64,000 bases of DNA from Lingula anatina (GCA_051362555.1 CM120646.1:15934001-15998000); one strand, 5' to 3'; numbered from the stretch's first letter, positions 1 to 14,731 are shown. Translations and numbers: made by a program. The notes: generated from the letters alone by a model not told the origin.

Positions 1-584
1 TGCCAGACCTATAACGTCACATGTCGCCCCAATTAAAAAGAAACCCAAAGAACCGTACTTGTTTGTCACATCTCTACGTTAAGTGACTCACTAGGCTTTG
101 ACTAGTACTATCCGGACCGTCTATTCCTGTGCAATGCTCTATTAAGCGTCATTAAAGAGCTACCCAGCCGTATCGGACAGATATGCTATAATACAGCCAC
201 GTGGGTCGTGTGCATCGAATAATGTGTATGCATTCGTCCTTTTGTGACAATGGGCGGGGTTAGGGGTCAAGTGCAAATATTGACAGTTGAGGCAGGAAGC
301 CGTCTGAGTCAATACATTCCAGGGTAATTAATCATTAAGTCAAGGATCCAGCACGTATAGACGTGGAAATGGCTTTTTGGTCCAGGCAACTGAAATATAA
401 AGCAAACCCGTACGTACTTTCAAAAAGGTATTGAGCAGACAGACTGATAATCTAATCGGGATCATCTCCTTATACAAAATGACCTAATAAAAAGGATTTT
501 CTTTGTCGATAACGGTTTATCTTGTACTACCAAAACATACAGTAGTATATTACAAGTCTAGTACTTTTTCCTCTTCCTCAATAG

Positions 585-670
585 AGCAAGATGCAGCCCA
601 CTTCATAAAGTCAATGGTCAAAGAGTTGGTCCAAAGCTTACGAACACTGGAAAAGAGGAAGCTCGGGTAG
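585..670 (+). CDS. Possible terminal coding exon of a gene starting upstream of the window (..QDAAHFIKSMVKELVQSLRTLEKRKLG*)
   Basis: Strong polypyrimidine acceptor (tttttcctcttcctcaatag, AG at 583-584), open frame to TAG at 668-670, amphipathic helix-like peptide, AATAAA near 1320. No family recognised. Confidence 0.3.
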
Positions 671-2927
671 TAAACAGAGTGAAGTGGTCAGGTGAAAATG
701 TGTCTATAAATATAGCTCTTCCTCTAAGATTACCCATGGGTGACATATTGCCGTGTAAATACCCATTACCTCCCATATCGACATGTCAATAGAATGTTGA
801 AGGTGTGTTCCAAACGAGTCACACACTGTCTCTATATCATTTGAATTGACTCAGATTCGGTTGAATGGACTAGACGGTAAGGAATAGTTAGAATTGTCCG
901 TAAGGAATTGCCCTTCCGGAATACGTGCGTCAAGGCATCGGTCAACTCGCTGTGCGGGGTGCACTTTGATAAAGTTAGTAATGCAAGCATGCTTTTCCAG
1001 TGTCAGCTCTTATAAATAGTAGTCGTACCTCTTGGGAGTTAATTGGTATCACTTTCTGGTGTAGCTCATCAAAGAGAGTTGGGGTTTTAGTAGCGCCCAG
1101 GACGCATGTTTCTATGCAATATTGTCCACATTGGTTCTACACGTACGTTAGCCCAGTGTCTGATTGAAATGACGAGATGCTTGCATTAACCAGTAAATTA
1201 GAAGGGTTAAAGTCATGACTTGACCAGTGTAGATAAACCTCTCCAAAGTTAATACGTGTAAAAAACTCTTTAGCAAAATCATGTTGCTCTAAAGTCAGAT
1301 GGGTAATGTATTGTTTTAAAATAAATTTTTATCACATTTTTTCTGGATACAGCTTTTGTAAACAAACAAAAATTCAATAACATACACCATTAGTGAGCCA
1401 CTGCTTTTATTGGGCTTCAATAACATTAATCAGATCTATAGATTGATTGACCATAACGGTTGAAACAAAAAAAGGAATTTTATTACCCAGAAGGGATATA
1501 CAACGGTATCTAGGAAACATAATTTTTGCCGAAAAGGGTTTTGTTCTTTTCGCTTAAACGGGAGTGTCCCTTAACTGAAGTGATGAAATCCTTTTATATG
1601 TGTCATGTATGATATGACGACTTTATCTGCTTCAATGTTCCAACAAAGTCGCACTTTCAGTACTCAAAAAGGAGCAGCTAATGTAAAAAAGTATCATATT
1701 CCATGTCATCTCACCGTCACTTACCGTATTCCAGTTCCAATCGAACATAAATGAGGTGTAATCGTGCATTTTTTTTAATCAAAAGGATATTCTATAATTC
1801 AAAATGCAGAATTCAATATCCACTTTAGGAAACCAGCTTACTATCCGGCAAAAATCAGTGAGACTTTGCTGCTAGCGCTAGTTTACAAAGCAAGAGCTGC
1901 AAGACAAAAGGTGAATCACATAATCTACCCTTACCTTTAGATTGACAGCAGCTGTCTTGAAAAAAAGCAGCTGTTTACAGATTTACTTTTGTTTGTATTC
2001 TTTTAAAAGCACGGCTTCATCAACACGTTCGCTCCTATTGATCGCCTACTGAAACACGATTAATACGAAATGACATAATTCATTTATAAAATATCTAGAA
2101 AGCCCATTGGTTCAAATTCTACGAACGATTAGTTGTCTTATCAGACGATGAATTGTTTTTCCTGGAAGTTTTCAGGATATATCTCACGTAACTCCGCACA
2201 GCATTGTGATTCTGACATGTTTGCTTCCATCTACATATAGGATTCATTTATCCAATTTCAGGCATTCAAAACATGCCAAAAACTTACTGAACTATCCAGT
2301 GGTATTCAAAACTGCTGACTTACACCGAACTGCACAGACAGTAAAACTTGCAAATTAACGTTACTGGAACTAAAAAACAGATGCTTCTACATAATGGCAT
2401 TCAAAACGCATTACGGATATCTGTCGTAATGTGCAGCTTTTTTATTTACATTAAAAATTTAAGCATTTTTGGGAAAGCATTCCATTTTGCTCACGGTCAA
2501 ATTTCTCGACAGTAATGTTAGATTAAATGACATATTAGGCACTTGTAACAAGCCAAACAGCAGCCGTTCAACGCTATATAGTTGATAAGCAAACCAATTA
2601 GTATTCGCTAAGTAACGCAGCACAACAGATCGGTGCGATACTGACGCAGCAGGACCAGTCCTGACTGCTGTAATTAGATTTATTCACGTGTCTTAAAAGG
2701 TTTGACCTGAAGTGATTAACGGATGACCCCTAGGACGCTGCATCAGACAGGAAAGTGTACCTTACATAATCCGCCCATGGAATGTAATCAGCGTCTAATG
2801 AGAAGGCTACCCTGAATGATCAAAAACCCCCTGAAGAAAGAAAGAAACCGGTCGGGGCAAAAAAGTTGCTGTTCTTTTTTTCTTTTTATTATATATAATA
2901 TTACTCGTACAGGTAAAACGTTTTTAC

Positions 2928-2932
<5 letters not shown>

Positions 2933-3025
<93 letters not shown>

Positions 3026-3050
3026 TTGAGAGAGAGAGAGAGAGAGAGAG
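2933..3050. repeat. Compound microsatellite (AT)n-poly(T)-(GA)n
   Basis: Directly visible; it produces the spurious IYIY ORFs 2788-3057 and 2816-3061. Confidence 0.95.
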
Positions 3051-6000
3051 GGAGCAATTAAGGCTTAAACCTTGCCTGCATTGTGATGCGCCATTCTTTA
3101 AAGAATTATCATTAACACATTAAGTGGAATTAATATCAGTTTAGATATCAGATGCATTTTCATAAAATTCCTCAACCGTAATAACAACTATAATTCTTTG
3201 ATATAATAAAAAAGTACTTTATCATGTGCACTTCTTGCCTTTTTTTACCTACAATACACCAGGTTCGTGCAAATAACTTAAAGGGGTAATAATTCTTCAT
3301 ATGAAGCTCAAATATCAGAATAAATACATTGTAAACAACACATAGAAAACGACCTGGACCTTCATTGATGACTACCCACCGTAATTATCTTACAAAAGCA
3401 CACTTAAAAAAACGATCAACTAACTTTGAATTTCGGAACTGATTCATTCACCATCGGTAAGTATGGGTTCATCGGCGTTTACCCCAGGAAAATCCGTTTT
3501 ATGGCACTTTTCCCGTCAAAATAAAGAGTAGTTAGCGATGTGCTGGTTCTTCCTAAATCCACTGTGAATTCATAAGAGATGCAGTGACTGTTTAATTTTA
3601 CTGCAACCCCATCAAATACGTGTCAGATTTCATATCAAAGTGCATGCAAGTCAGTTGGAGGCATTTTTATTACCAGTTTTAGAGTGTTTAAACATTGTTG
3701 TATTGTTGTCCTTTATGTGAGCAGACACCTACGTGGTTAAGAATACCTGTACCTTCTTATATGCTGGAACACGGACCGAAACACGTCTATGAGCTATAAA
3801 CCTAAATACATTCAGTAGTAAACGACAAGAAAAATACATTCAGCAGATTTTAGACTGATCTTACCCTATGAAACAAATACACTTTTTATGTAAACAATTG
3901 GCACTCAAACCATAAGTTACAGGGTCTAACTAGCGGATTTGCGGTCCGCGCTCTTGATATTGGTTTGTTTTTCTGAAGATGATTAGAATTTTAAAAAGAC
4001 CTCGAGTCCGAGATGTTCCTTTGTCGACAAACAATGTCATCGGAACATTCGGCCACGAGCCTGCAATTGCATAAACTGGGTTTAAATGACGCCATTTTAC
4101 TGTGCACTTTTTCACAAAAACACTCAATAGAGGAAACTTTGTGATTTCTCCCATTTTGAGCCTCTGATAGTGGTGCTGACTAAGATAATCTATAACAGTG
4201 TGTGGGTCGCCCTGTGGGTCCCACAGACAACATAAAGGGACCCGACATGAGAGCATAAAATAGATACCTTTATATATCAAGCGTGCTTCAATTTGCAATT
4301 CCTGGACTATTTGTCATCTTTATGATTCAGTTTCATTTGCCTGAACCGCACAATTGCTGCATTGGACTTTTTTATTTTTAAAATAATAGGGTACTTCCAG
4401 AAGTAAAAATTAGAACTATAATCACTGATTGTAATAAGATTCACTTCGAAACATATACATGCTTTCTGTATTTTGCTCCATACACTGTATATCATATCGT
4501 CTGTAATTACTTTCGAGATAATCACAACATATGTAACTGAAAACGTATGATGAGTTCGTATCGACATATAGTCTACACTATGTGCTATTTTGAACAAAAA
4601 TAAGAATGATCTGGCACTTAAAATATGGCATTTTGATAAATCTGTGTGCAACCGATAATTCATTTCATCGATGAGAAATCCCACACTACCATGGCCGGAC
4701 GATGTGGGTGAAGGGAATTTAAAATATCATCTTTTTGCATAAATATCACCACTTACTTATCAAGCACAAGTTGGGCTTCAGTGATATTCTTGCAAGATAT
4801 CAGAAACAAACACATCATCACATTATGTTTTCTGAACTTTCCATACAAAGTATTTATCTCACAAAATATTGGCGTAGGAAATATTGGGATTATAGCAGGT
4901 CAATGTTAAGCTTATGTTATGCGTTAATGAGGTGCCAATGTGTCGCTATAATGAATGGGAACTGAGGCCAAGGAATACACTGTCAGTGGCCAAACAAAAT
5001 GAACCTAATCATTACCACATTACACAGTATAATCTCTGTCATTAAACCTTGTTTTGACGCGTGCGTTTCATGATAACGCAAAACTTAAATAATTACGTTC
5101 AATAGCAAAAATTACTTTTGCATTTTTCGTACTAATGACATAAGCACACTGCTGTCCAATTTAAAACGTGAATTATAAAGGTCAAAATGCCAATCATATA
5201 TACAGTAGAGTAGGTAGAGCCATTTGGGCTCTGCCAAATATGTTTTGTATTTTTTTTTTCATACAAGGAGTCATACAATATCACTATTGATCATAATTCA
5301 TATTTATATATATTTGCATTCCTTTGTACCCATGTAGATGCATATGTATACGTTACAATGGATAAAGTTGTATATACAGCACTTAAATCAAACCAATATT
5401 TTGTATAAAACAAAACAAACTGTTTCTTAATGAATGCCGTATTAGGAACATATCTTAAATAATAAAACAGGACAGAACCATTCAAAATTACAATTACAAG
5501 GAGTTTGACGAATTCCTATACACACCATCATGCCACGAAAACCTGGTGCCGTCTTTCATGTAGATATGGTGTTGGCATAGCGGGTCACAAAGTTCTCCAC
5601 AGTTAAAATCACTGTAGCATAGGATTACAAGGAATGGTCCCTGTGCAACTGCATGTGTCTAGACTCAAGAAATATGGATCAAATCTCGATGTTCAAAACC
5701 AGAACCTGCCAATTTTCCCAGAAATGTGCCCAGTACACAGTGTGCACTGACGTGATAGCTCCTCCAAAAATCGCAGAACCATGTGTAATCAAGAAGTGGC
5801 AAACGGAAAAATAGTTCAAATTAAATAATCATACTATTGGAAGTTGTTTATTTTAAATACGCCACAGCACAAGGAAACGATATCCTTCAATATAATTATT
5901 TCTTGATTATAAAAAACGGTGTAACGTCAGCTTCAGTAATGTTTTTCCATGTCTTCCTAATACGACGCTGAATCTCTGCTGTGCCAATATTTGTTATGCC

Positions 6001-7215
6001 ATGGTTTGCGCTTTTGTCGCAAAGCCTAAAACAATGTCTATGTCCAGTCAGGCAATTATAATTACGGAATAATATCAAAACAAGTGAAAGGTTAAACAAA
6101 TACTCCTCTGCCGTATCTAAGGCCTGATCTGAATATGTCTTTACAGAATAACGCGGAGAAGAACGTGATGCTCAATTTATACATTTCCCGGAATGACCCT
6201 GTGTAACAAAACACATCATGAAACCTGACATTTCACATGCGGCTTGCATGTAAACGAATGTGAACCTTCTACAGTAAGCATATCAAACCAGGTATTAAAA
6301 TCAATGGCACATTTGCGCAGCATTTTTTTTTATTTTTGGTGGTGGTGGTGGGGGGGGTGGGGGGGGGGCATGTAGGTTAAAGGCTTCCATAAAAAGCATA
6401 TATGTTTTTGTGTTTAGATTCAAAAGTTTTATATTTATTTGTGCAGTTTGACGAGTGTCTGTAATAAAACTAGGGAACCAGGGTGCTGATACACATATGA
6501 TTGGATGGACGTGGGCCATGAACCATCTACCAATGCATGTCGTGTGCGTGTGACAAGTGATAAATCTATCCAGTGAAGACGGAAGAGTGATAGTGACTTT
6601 GTATGTCACGAAACCTTTTTTCAAGCTCCTTTCCTTGAATTCAGACCACAGATCTGTCAAGACCTGTCGTTGAACACCGCGAAAAAAGTAATTACACGAG
6701 ACACGTGGCTTTTGCAGGCTGCACGTGGAACAAGACCGTTCAGTCGCAAAGAAGCGTGACCAAGCAATCATGTTATCTCCTATTGTCGAGCATTATGATC
6801 CCAGGCGTGTTAATTGTCCTATGAGCCATGCTCATGATGGGAATCATCCGAGATAGTGCAAAGTGTCTGGACTTGGCATAAAATTACACAGGATTTTGCC
6901 GGATTTGGAGGAAAGTGTGCTCAGAAATAATAGAAGTCTCGCGAGAGTATAGTGCAGCAACGAACAAGGACTGTGAATTTATCCACGGATATCTTTCTGG
7001 TTGTTTTCTCTCAGGTTCAGTACGTATAAACCCAAGCTTAGCGTGCTGCCTTCGCACTGTTTCTAAGACAAGATACTTGGCACATACATTTTCATCGATT
7101 TAATTACTATAAAGTAACCCTCGACTCACGCGGAATTTCGAACGTCTTCTCGTCTCGCGTGGCGTCACGATATGATAGGCTCGTTCCAGCTCGTTCTCTG
7201 ATGCTTTCCACTCTC

Positions 7216-7217
<2 letters not shown>

Positions 7218-7255
<38 letters not shown>
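7218..7255. repeat. (AAT)n microsatellite
   Basis: Directly visible. Confidence 0.9.
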
Positions 7256-7256
<1 letters not shown>

Positions 7257-10130
7257 TTTTTTGTAACTTAAAAAAAGTTGGTTTGTGATAAAGTCAATGC
7301 AGTCCAAAAACATATTCAATGGGATTTAATGACTATCAATTTAATTGTTGAAATGAATTAAAATGAAAATTGGTACACTGATGGTTTCTTAAATGAGTTA
7401 AGAGTCCTATCAAAACCATACTAAAACTTTGGGGTTGGTCGTACTTGTATCATTAATTTAGCTCAAAACCAACATTCCTCGTATTGGAGTTGTGTCTTAA
7501 AACAAAATCAAAGACATTTAGAATGCGACAATCTATAGAACTTGTTTGAAAACGTGCAGAAGGCGGCCTTTTGCAAACGATGAACCAGACTGTTAACCGA
7601 ATATTGATGGAGCAGTGATGTAAACAAATGTAAAAGTGCAGTATCTTTTTCAAAAATATCATAGGTACACTTATTAACGACGTTAACATAATATTAGTAT
7701 CTATGTGTTTCTGCTTACTGCTGGATAAACATAACTGTATGATACCACTAGGTGTAACTAAAATATTCACAAAGAAGCGATAGGAAATACAATAACATAT
7801 GGGTGAAAAGGGTTCTCACTGGTGAACCAGATCATACTATTGTCTTTTTTAATTCAAATACTACTGGAGAATAAGTTTTATATATATATGGTCTTAATCC
7901 AGCGGAAATACTAAAAAAACCTTCAAAAACAACGTTTATCCTTTTAATTGACAGTTTATTTGAGACGCTGAAACCAAATCGAAGAATTCCCAAAGGGACC
8001 ATTCATTAGTTCTTTAACTGTAATTTCCTGTAATTCAAGGAAACGCAACGCTTTGACCAAGCTTTGTCTCCAGTTTATTATACCTAAGTGAAGCCTACAC
8101 ATGATTTAGCTAATGGGCAAAATGGCTTTGTAAAGACGCGTAATTTTCTGTCTGATTTTCACTGCAAATGACACATTGAATGCGGCCTCTTGCCTCTATA
8201 GGCAATTTGTAAGTTAGTTTAAACTCGATGTTTAATAAATGCTCAAGCACGAAATTCAATACGATTTGTAAATAGTTTATACTCGAGTCGCTGCACACGA
8301 CAAAAAGGTAGATATACGGTGAGAGAAAGTCCCCAAACGTACTGAAGTCCGAGGCCTGGTCGAGCTTAATCTATTCAGTCAATTCAACTAATGTCTTTGT
8401 TAGATGGAGTGAAAGTCGAACAAATGTATGAGCTTCGGCGGCGTATTTAAAGATAAACCGTATAAATGTAAAATGTTTGTTCGTCTGTTAAGGAGAACAG
8501 CCTAGTAATTAGACATAGAAACGTTTGAATAGCACAGCCATGTAAACTTGTGCACCTAAGGCGAAAAGTCAAGAAAGGTCCCTCACAAAGTACAGATATT
8601 TCTGTTAATGTCAACAAAACGTAAAATGTCGAGAGGTAATCTGCTGAGAGAATGCAAAGAGATTCGTTTCCTGTATTGTGCTCAACATCAAAGTGCATAC
8701 GTTTGCTTCGTTTTAATTGAAAACAAAAGTGATTTTTAAATAGCTAAAATGTTTGTCTGTGGGGATAAAGCTTAAACCAGTCGTAACATGGGGAGCTTAG
8801 AATCTGCCACACCGATAACGCTAAACCGCGCTTCCACAGTTGGTAGTCAAAACCTTATTTTTAAAATGCCTTTAACTTCGAGAAGTGTTTTTATTTTAAG
8901 AACCAAATGTTTCCATAGCTACAGGATAGATCCAATGTACCGCCAAAGCTTGATGGTCTGTCCAACGACAAAAAAAAGGGCAGAATGACGGCAGTAATAC
9001 ACTGTAAGTGGCAATTTTGCGTCAGTTCCACGGAGTTGAATGAAGTCGTTAAACAAGGGTTTGAGCTGGTACCTCAATACTTCTATAAACAATTACAAGT
9101 TCATATCGGGTCTATCCATTATTTAGAAGTGTACAACTAATTAATTGGCAATAGTTTCAGTGTTATTCAAATCGTATACAAATTATTTATTCTAATGGTT
9201 TTATGTGAAAACAGTGCACCCCAAAATTACATGGAACCGTAGCGTACTGTTCGCAAAGTAAGAAATTGGGCAAATATTCTTTGACTTTGTGGCCTCTTTG
9301 CCATCACTCCCGCGCAAACTCGTTGAAATAGTATACCATCCACTCTCTTCCTTTTTGTTACCACGCTGAAAACCTCTGCGATGGTAAGCAGTTCAGTCTG
9401 TGTGGACTCTCTGCGAACAATCTTTGTGGTTAACGCCCTTATAAAGACCGACACATTTCCTTCCTACAAAAATAACCTGCATAGGTTGTTTCGTTCCGTG
9501 ACGATTACCAAATACAATTTTCAATACAGTCACTTGAAGGCTGAAATGATTAACGTACATAGGCCTACGTACATAATGAAGTAGACAAAAGCGGTACATA
9601 TTAATTACTTCTTGCAAGCCAAGAATTACTTTTGTCCAGCCTAACCATTAGACAGATCTGCACGCAATGTCTTTGTTTGTTGCTGTGGTGGACACCTGCT
9701 CAATCATCAAATGCTGCAATGATCGTCTTACACGTTCAATTAGTTGATGTCTTGGTTCCCCAGGGTAACTACTTATTTCATTTGTGTCTCCGTGCGAATG
9801 GGTCAACGTGTTCAATAATGTCATTTCTCTACGTGCAATCTGGTTATCTAACCAACACGAGATCCTCAAAACACACAATCGTATCCGTGTGCAATGGTTT
9901 TGCGACTGTAAAAACACTCTTAAACTGCACAAAGAAAAATTGTCGTCTCAAAATGTTGGTGGCTTGCGAATGGGTAAGCATCAATTTTGGATTAGAAAAG
10001 CAACTTATTAAATTGACTAACAAAACGTAGCAAAATCTATTTCTTTTTAATACTGCTGACTTTTGTTCCATTAATATTTTAGGTCACTACCAACTAGCAT
10101 GCGTTGTACATAACCTATTGTAATCATTCT

Positions 10131-10290
10131 TAGGCCCGTGGCCAGCTATTTTAAATAGGCTTCTTTTTCTGAAAGAGTGAAACCTTCATTTGCATAGATC
10201 AAATTTTACCCGGAACAGACCTTTTCTCGACAAAAAGGGCGGTTCGTTCGAACCACCCCCCCCCCCCAAACCCAACTCTCTACTGGCCTG
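10131..10290. mobile_element. Degenerate short MITE (taggcccgtggccag ... tactggcctg)
   Basis: Imperfect terminal inverted repeats and an internal poly-C. Flanks ATTCT/ATTCC resemble a 5-bp TSD with 1 mismatch. Confidence 0.5.
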
Positions 10291-10725
10291 ATTCCAATTG
10301 GTATATATCGCCCTATATATACAACTCACCCTAAGGAACTCGTTTTCCGCAGAGAACAGGCTTATGGAGGAGTTGTAAAGATACCAAGATTGCCCCCCCC
10401 CCCCCCCCCCCGGTTAGGCCAAACGCTGCAGTGTGGTGATTTGGGCATATGTGGCGATTTTTAAATATTTGGGGTCACATTTTAGTACCGAATCTGTTCT
10501 CGTTACAAAAATAATAGATATATGAAACATAAATAAAGAGCAAAAATAACATATAAATTATTCAAAGAAAATATAATGAAATAATCATAATCACCATCAC
10601 CCTGACTTTCCCAGTCTTGATCCATATGAAAACCACATTTTCTATCAGGAACAATCAATTACACAATATATAGAGGATGCCAATACATCCTGAACAAACT
10701 CTCTCTCCAGAAATATTGATGACTG

Positions 10726-10968
10726 CAGTGGCGGATTTAGGGGGGTCCTGACCCCCCCCTTCCATTTCTGAAAAAAAAATCACACCAATGGTACCCTCTT
10801 GAAATAACAATTTTGGCAAGCTGAATCATAGTTCTAAACCGTGTCTTGTTCGCCCTCTGAAATACCAAAAAATTTCCGGGTCCGCTGAAGGGCCCCGAAT
10901 CCCACGCCAAGGGGAGTCAGACCCGCATTTGCGGACCCCACCTTCAAATAATCCTGGATCCACCTCTG
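10726..10968. mobile_element. MITE with CAGTGGCGGAT ... GGATCCACCTCTG ends
   Basis: Terminal inverted repeats similar to the elements at 20698 and 21210. Flanks GACTG/GACTC. Confidence 0.65.
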
Positions 10969-12416
10969 GACTCGGTCCTAATATATAATGGGACTGCTTT
11001 TGTTTTTTGGGGGAAAATCTTTAAAATGTAAAACTTCTCCGACGTATGAAAATTCCAGCAGTCGTCAAAAAGAGCTGAAGTTACCATTAATACTTTTAAT
11101 GTCATTTAAAAATAACATTATTTTAACTTTTTCTAACTTGTATCAAACTGAAAATACCTGAAAGGATTGTGCTCACCTTTTGTGACTTCTACTTCAAGAT
11201 ATTTGAATCAACAACTTGAAGTGTTGTCAACCCTTTTATCTAGATGCGTGATGCATCATATACGGAAATGACATAACTCGTTACCTCGACGACAGACAGG
11301 AATTAGAACATAATTTATTTAAATTTCGATCATTCAGTGCCTAACCACAACCCGAATTTAACTTTTACAATAGAAAGCCAATACGTTTCACTTTTGATGA
11401 ATTATAGTTTTAAGGAATTTAGGAAGCGGCAAACATGGATACACTAAAGTCGGTGCGTTTTGAAATGCACGTTGTGACGTTTGTGCCTCAATTTGTACCC
11501 TTTCCTAAACTTGGTGACGTCATTGGCACTTATTAATATTTCATTTTCAGGATGTGTCATCAACCTGAAGAAGCCCACGCAATGTTCGAGGAAAATGTTA
11601 ACACACATGTAACGCATGAAATACGAGAACTGTCTGGCAATAAACGGAAGTCAAACATTAACACATTGACACCTATGTCAAGCTACCTACTTAGTACTCA
11701 GTGACATCGGTGTAAAGATCACTTGGGTGCCGTGCGTGTAACAGAAAGGAACATGAAGTTTCTATTTCTATTAGATTCGTGCCGGTCAGGGTTAGTGTGA
11801 CGTACATGTAAGTGGTTCGTAATCCAGGTTGGGGTTTACCTGTACAAATCAATAGGAACCGGACCCTGTGTCACATGGAACTCTCTCGTGCATGACTCCG
11901 AGGGACGCTTCGTCATTTAAGTGTTGTAATACACTGTGCGTCAAAACTGTTTGGCCAATATAAAAGTGGGCCGTTAAGTGCGTTTCCAAGTGAGCAGGAA
12001 ACACTGAGACGTTTAAAACTGTTGCATTTGTCAAACTGCCGTCATAAACTGTTGTCAAATTCGTTTTAATATAGTCCATGTCAAATATGAGATATTTCTC
12101 CTGGTTTTAAATATTTACGAGTATGCATAAATAGACAGCAAAAATATTAAGCCCTATGTCTACAAGAATTTGGTATTTGCGTTCTCATAGGGTTATTTTA
12201 AGAACTACAGCGTGACTTAATTGAGAACTATCAAGACACGCCTACAGAAATCTAATTGTATGTCAGTAGGTTCAAGTTACTGGTGGCTGGCGTCGACACA
12301 AAGGCCCCTACAGGTACACATATGTAGATGTTGTGCTCCTAGTTAAGACAAACAAGTGGATAGTCCTGCCATGGTGGTGGCATGACCTTCATAGACAAAT
12401 ACCACTCAGCTGTAAG

Positions 12417-12509
12417 CTTTGGTTTCCCGAAAGTTTTCATGCACCAAATCTTTTGGGTTTCCGGAAAGTTTTCATGCACCAAATCTTTTGGGTTTCCCGA
12501 AAGTTTTCA
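12417..12509. repeat. Short tandem repeat, unit about 35 bp (ggtttcccgaaagttttcatgcaccaaatctttt), about 2.7 copies
   Basis: Directly visible. Confidence 0.8.
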
Positions 12510-13889
12510 TACAGTGTCCTTGCACACATCATGATATCAGACAGATTCACTTTAAAACTCTGCCATCAACATATAACAATATCTAAATACGAAACCACAG
12601 CAGTTTTATAAGCCCGGGGCCCGGCCCGGGGGGGGGGGGGGGGGGGGGGGGGAGGGGGTTCGAACCAAGCGCTCTTTTGCCAGGAGAAGGCCCACTCTGG
12701 GTTAAAATTGATCTAGGTACTGGGAAGTTTCATGGTAAAAGGTCCACTTTTTCGGAAACGACCATCTTTGAAATTGCTGGGTACGGGGCTGAGTACCCTG
12801 AAGATGAGAGGACAATGAGGGCTCAACACATTACAATCATCAGACTATGGGAAAGACATACGAATAGTAGATAGGTGCTTGCTTCTCGAGTGCCCTCTGA
12901 AACACCGTGTTACAAACAATAGCTATCAAGAGTGTGCGTGTGTCCATGCGTTACCTTCAATAGCATAATTAAACCACAATTTGAATGGTGAGCTCTTTCA
13001 GCGTTTTCGACTCAAAAACAAACCTGCGCAAATCCAAGGTGGCCGACAAGCCACTCGACATCTGATGACCTTTGAACGACCTTTGATAAACGCAACGCAG
13101 TGTAGGCTTTGAGCACGTGCATGCCAGATCTGATCACAGTGTAGCAGTAAAATGGCCAAGCCGTAATATTGGTCCAAATCTTGTGGGACAAAGGAATAAT
13201 GCTCTATCTACATCATATTACATCTATTCGGCTTGTGAAGGTTGTTCGCAGAAAGTCCGCACTGACGGAACGTACTTATGCAGATGCTTTTGGTGTGGTT
13301 TCATAAGACTGAACGGCATACTATTGCCTTAGCATCCCATTGCTGCCGTGGTGTATGGGCAGTGTTTTCATCGGGTTTCAGGTACATTATTTTGACCCAC
13401 GCTCCTAGCATTAGAAGCAGCCAAGCTAATAGAGTGAAGCTTTCTTTAGCTGAGCAATTTCCGAGCGTTTTCAATAGTGTAGTAGAGAGCACACTCAAAA
13501 CGTTTAGCTTCCGAAGTAAGAACTTACAAAACGGTGAAAGAGAGGCAGCAAAGGAATAAATGAAGACAAAAACCATGCATTTCACACTGTTTGCTGTGAA
13601 AAGCATCCGGGAAGGTGTGAATAAGCAGATAATATTTTCATCCAGTAAAAGCAGAACCATTACCGATTTGGACAAAATGTCGAGTCACGATGTCGATGGA
13701 AATATGGTGTTCAATGTAATCAACTGGAAAAGGTCTCTCATGTTTGTCTAATTTATAAATATCTTTCTGACAAATACGTCATCGCCATCTGCTAGGAGAC
13801 GTGGCAGTTCGTCTTTATAGCCGAGTACCTGTTGAGTCGTAAAACACGGTAAACTATTTGAAGTATGCTTTAAAGGATTTCCTGCGCAA

Positions 13890-13893
<4 letters not shown>

Positions 13894-13964
<71 letters not shown>
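13894..13964. repeat. (AT)n microsatellite
   Basis: Directly visible. Confidence 0.95.
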
Positions 13965-13966
<2 letters not shown>

Positions 13967-14731
13967 TTCCTTCCTTATATTTAAAATTACATTCATCGGG
14001 TGGATGAAGCCGGCAGCGAGTTTAAATTTTATTTTCTCAAAAATATTAAACTTCAATCAAACCTCATACAATACTTGCAGCTGGAAACATTGTCTTTGGC
14101 ACTTCAAGTTTTGACTCAACAGTTTCTTTCCGATAGGAACGATGGTCGTTAGATAAACAAAGGGAACGGATACTATAGCGTGGAGAAATTGAGATAAAAA
14201 AGCCACTATCGAGCATTTTGTAGTCTCTGCGACTTGGTCTTCTTCTTGGATGCAGCGGCTTCTATCCATTAGACCATTTCGTTTTCCATCGGCATGGTCC
14301 TACATTTCATACTATGAATGCCATATGGAAAATCTTTGAACAAATTTATGTTGTATTTGTTTTTAAAACAAAACGAAAAATCAATTTAGCAATGTTTTTT
14401 TTTAATCTAGCGAGACATTGATATTACAAGAGCAACTGATTCTCAACAATAACGGTTAAAACGAAAGGCAAACTATTCCCTTACCTTGAGTAGATAAGTC
14501 CGTTCCTTTTACCTAATATATCTGATCTGCCAATGTGATTAACAGGACGAATTACCGTCTGTTGCAGATAGCTTTAAGTGCTAATACAACTATCTTGTGC
14601 ATGTACATGTAGAAAAGTACGAAAACCGTCCAAGAAATGAAAATGAAATCTTTGAGTGCTGTTATCTCTCCTTGCGTTTGTTACACGCACCACGGTGATG
14701 GCAAAAGTTCTAAGGTCATTCTCATCAACTG

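Noticed and set aside
2788-3061. ORFs with IYIY, poly-K and ERER runs
   Set aside because: Translations of a compound microsatellite; the same applies to ORFs at 7107, 16781, 27695, 27760, 45613, 57147 and 57530.
3930-4684. Two adjacent minus-strand ORFs of 122 and 125 aa
   Set aside because: Non-ATG starts, no recognisable domain and no convincing splice structure.
5490-7100. Coding-looking minus-strand patches (e.g. HHIYMKDGTRFSWHDGVY; ORF 6301-6771)
   Set aside because: Interrupted by stops and I recognise no family; may be a decayed gene or TE but cannot be supported without a search.
9227-10071. Cluster of overlapping ORFs on both strands
   Set aside because: No motif, no consistent frame and no exon boundaries.
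11780-11830. GGTTCGTAATCC resembling a Pol III B-box (tRNA or SINE head)
   Set aside because: No cloverleaf, no clear A-box and no second copy in the window.
13301-13675. Hydrophobic 124-aa minus-strand ORF suggesting a membrane protein or GPCR fragment
   Set aside because: No GPCR signature motifs or splice sites; composition is compatible with an antisense or random frame.
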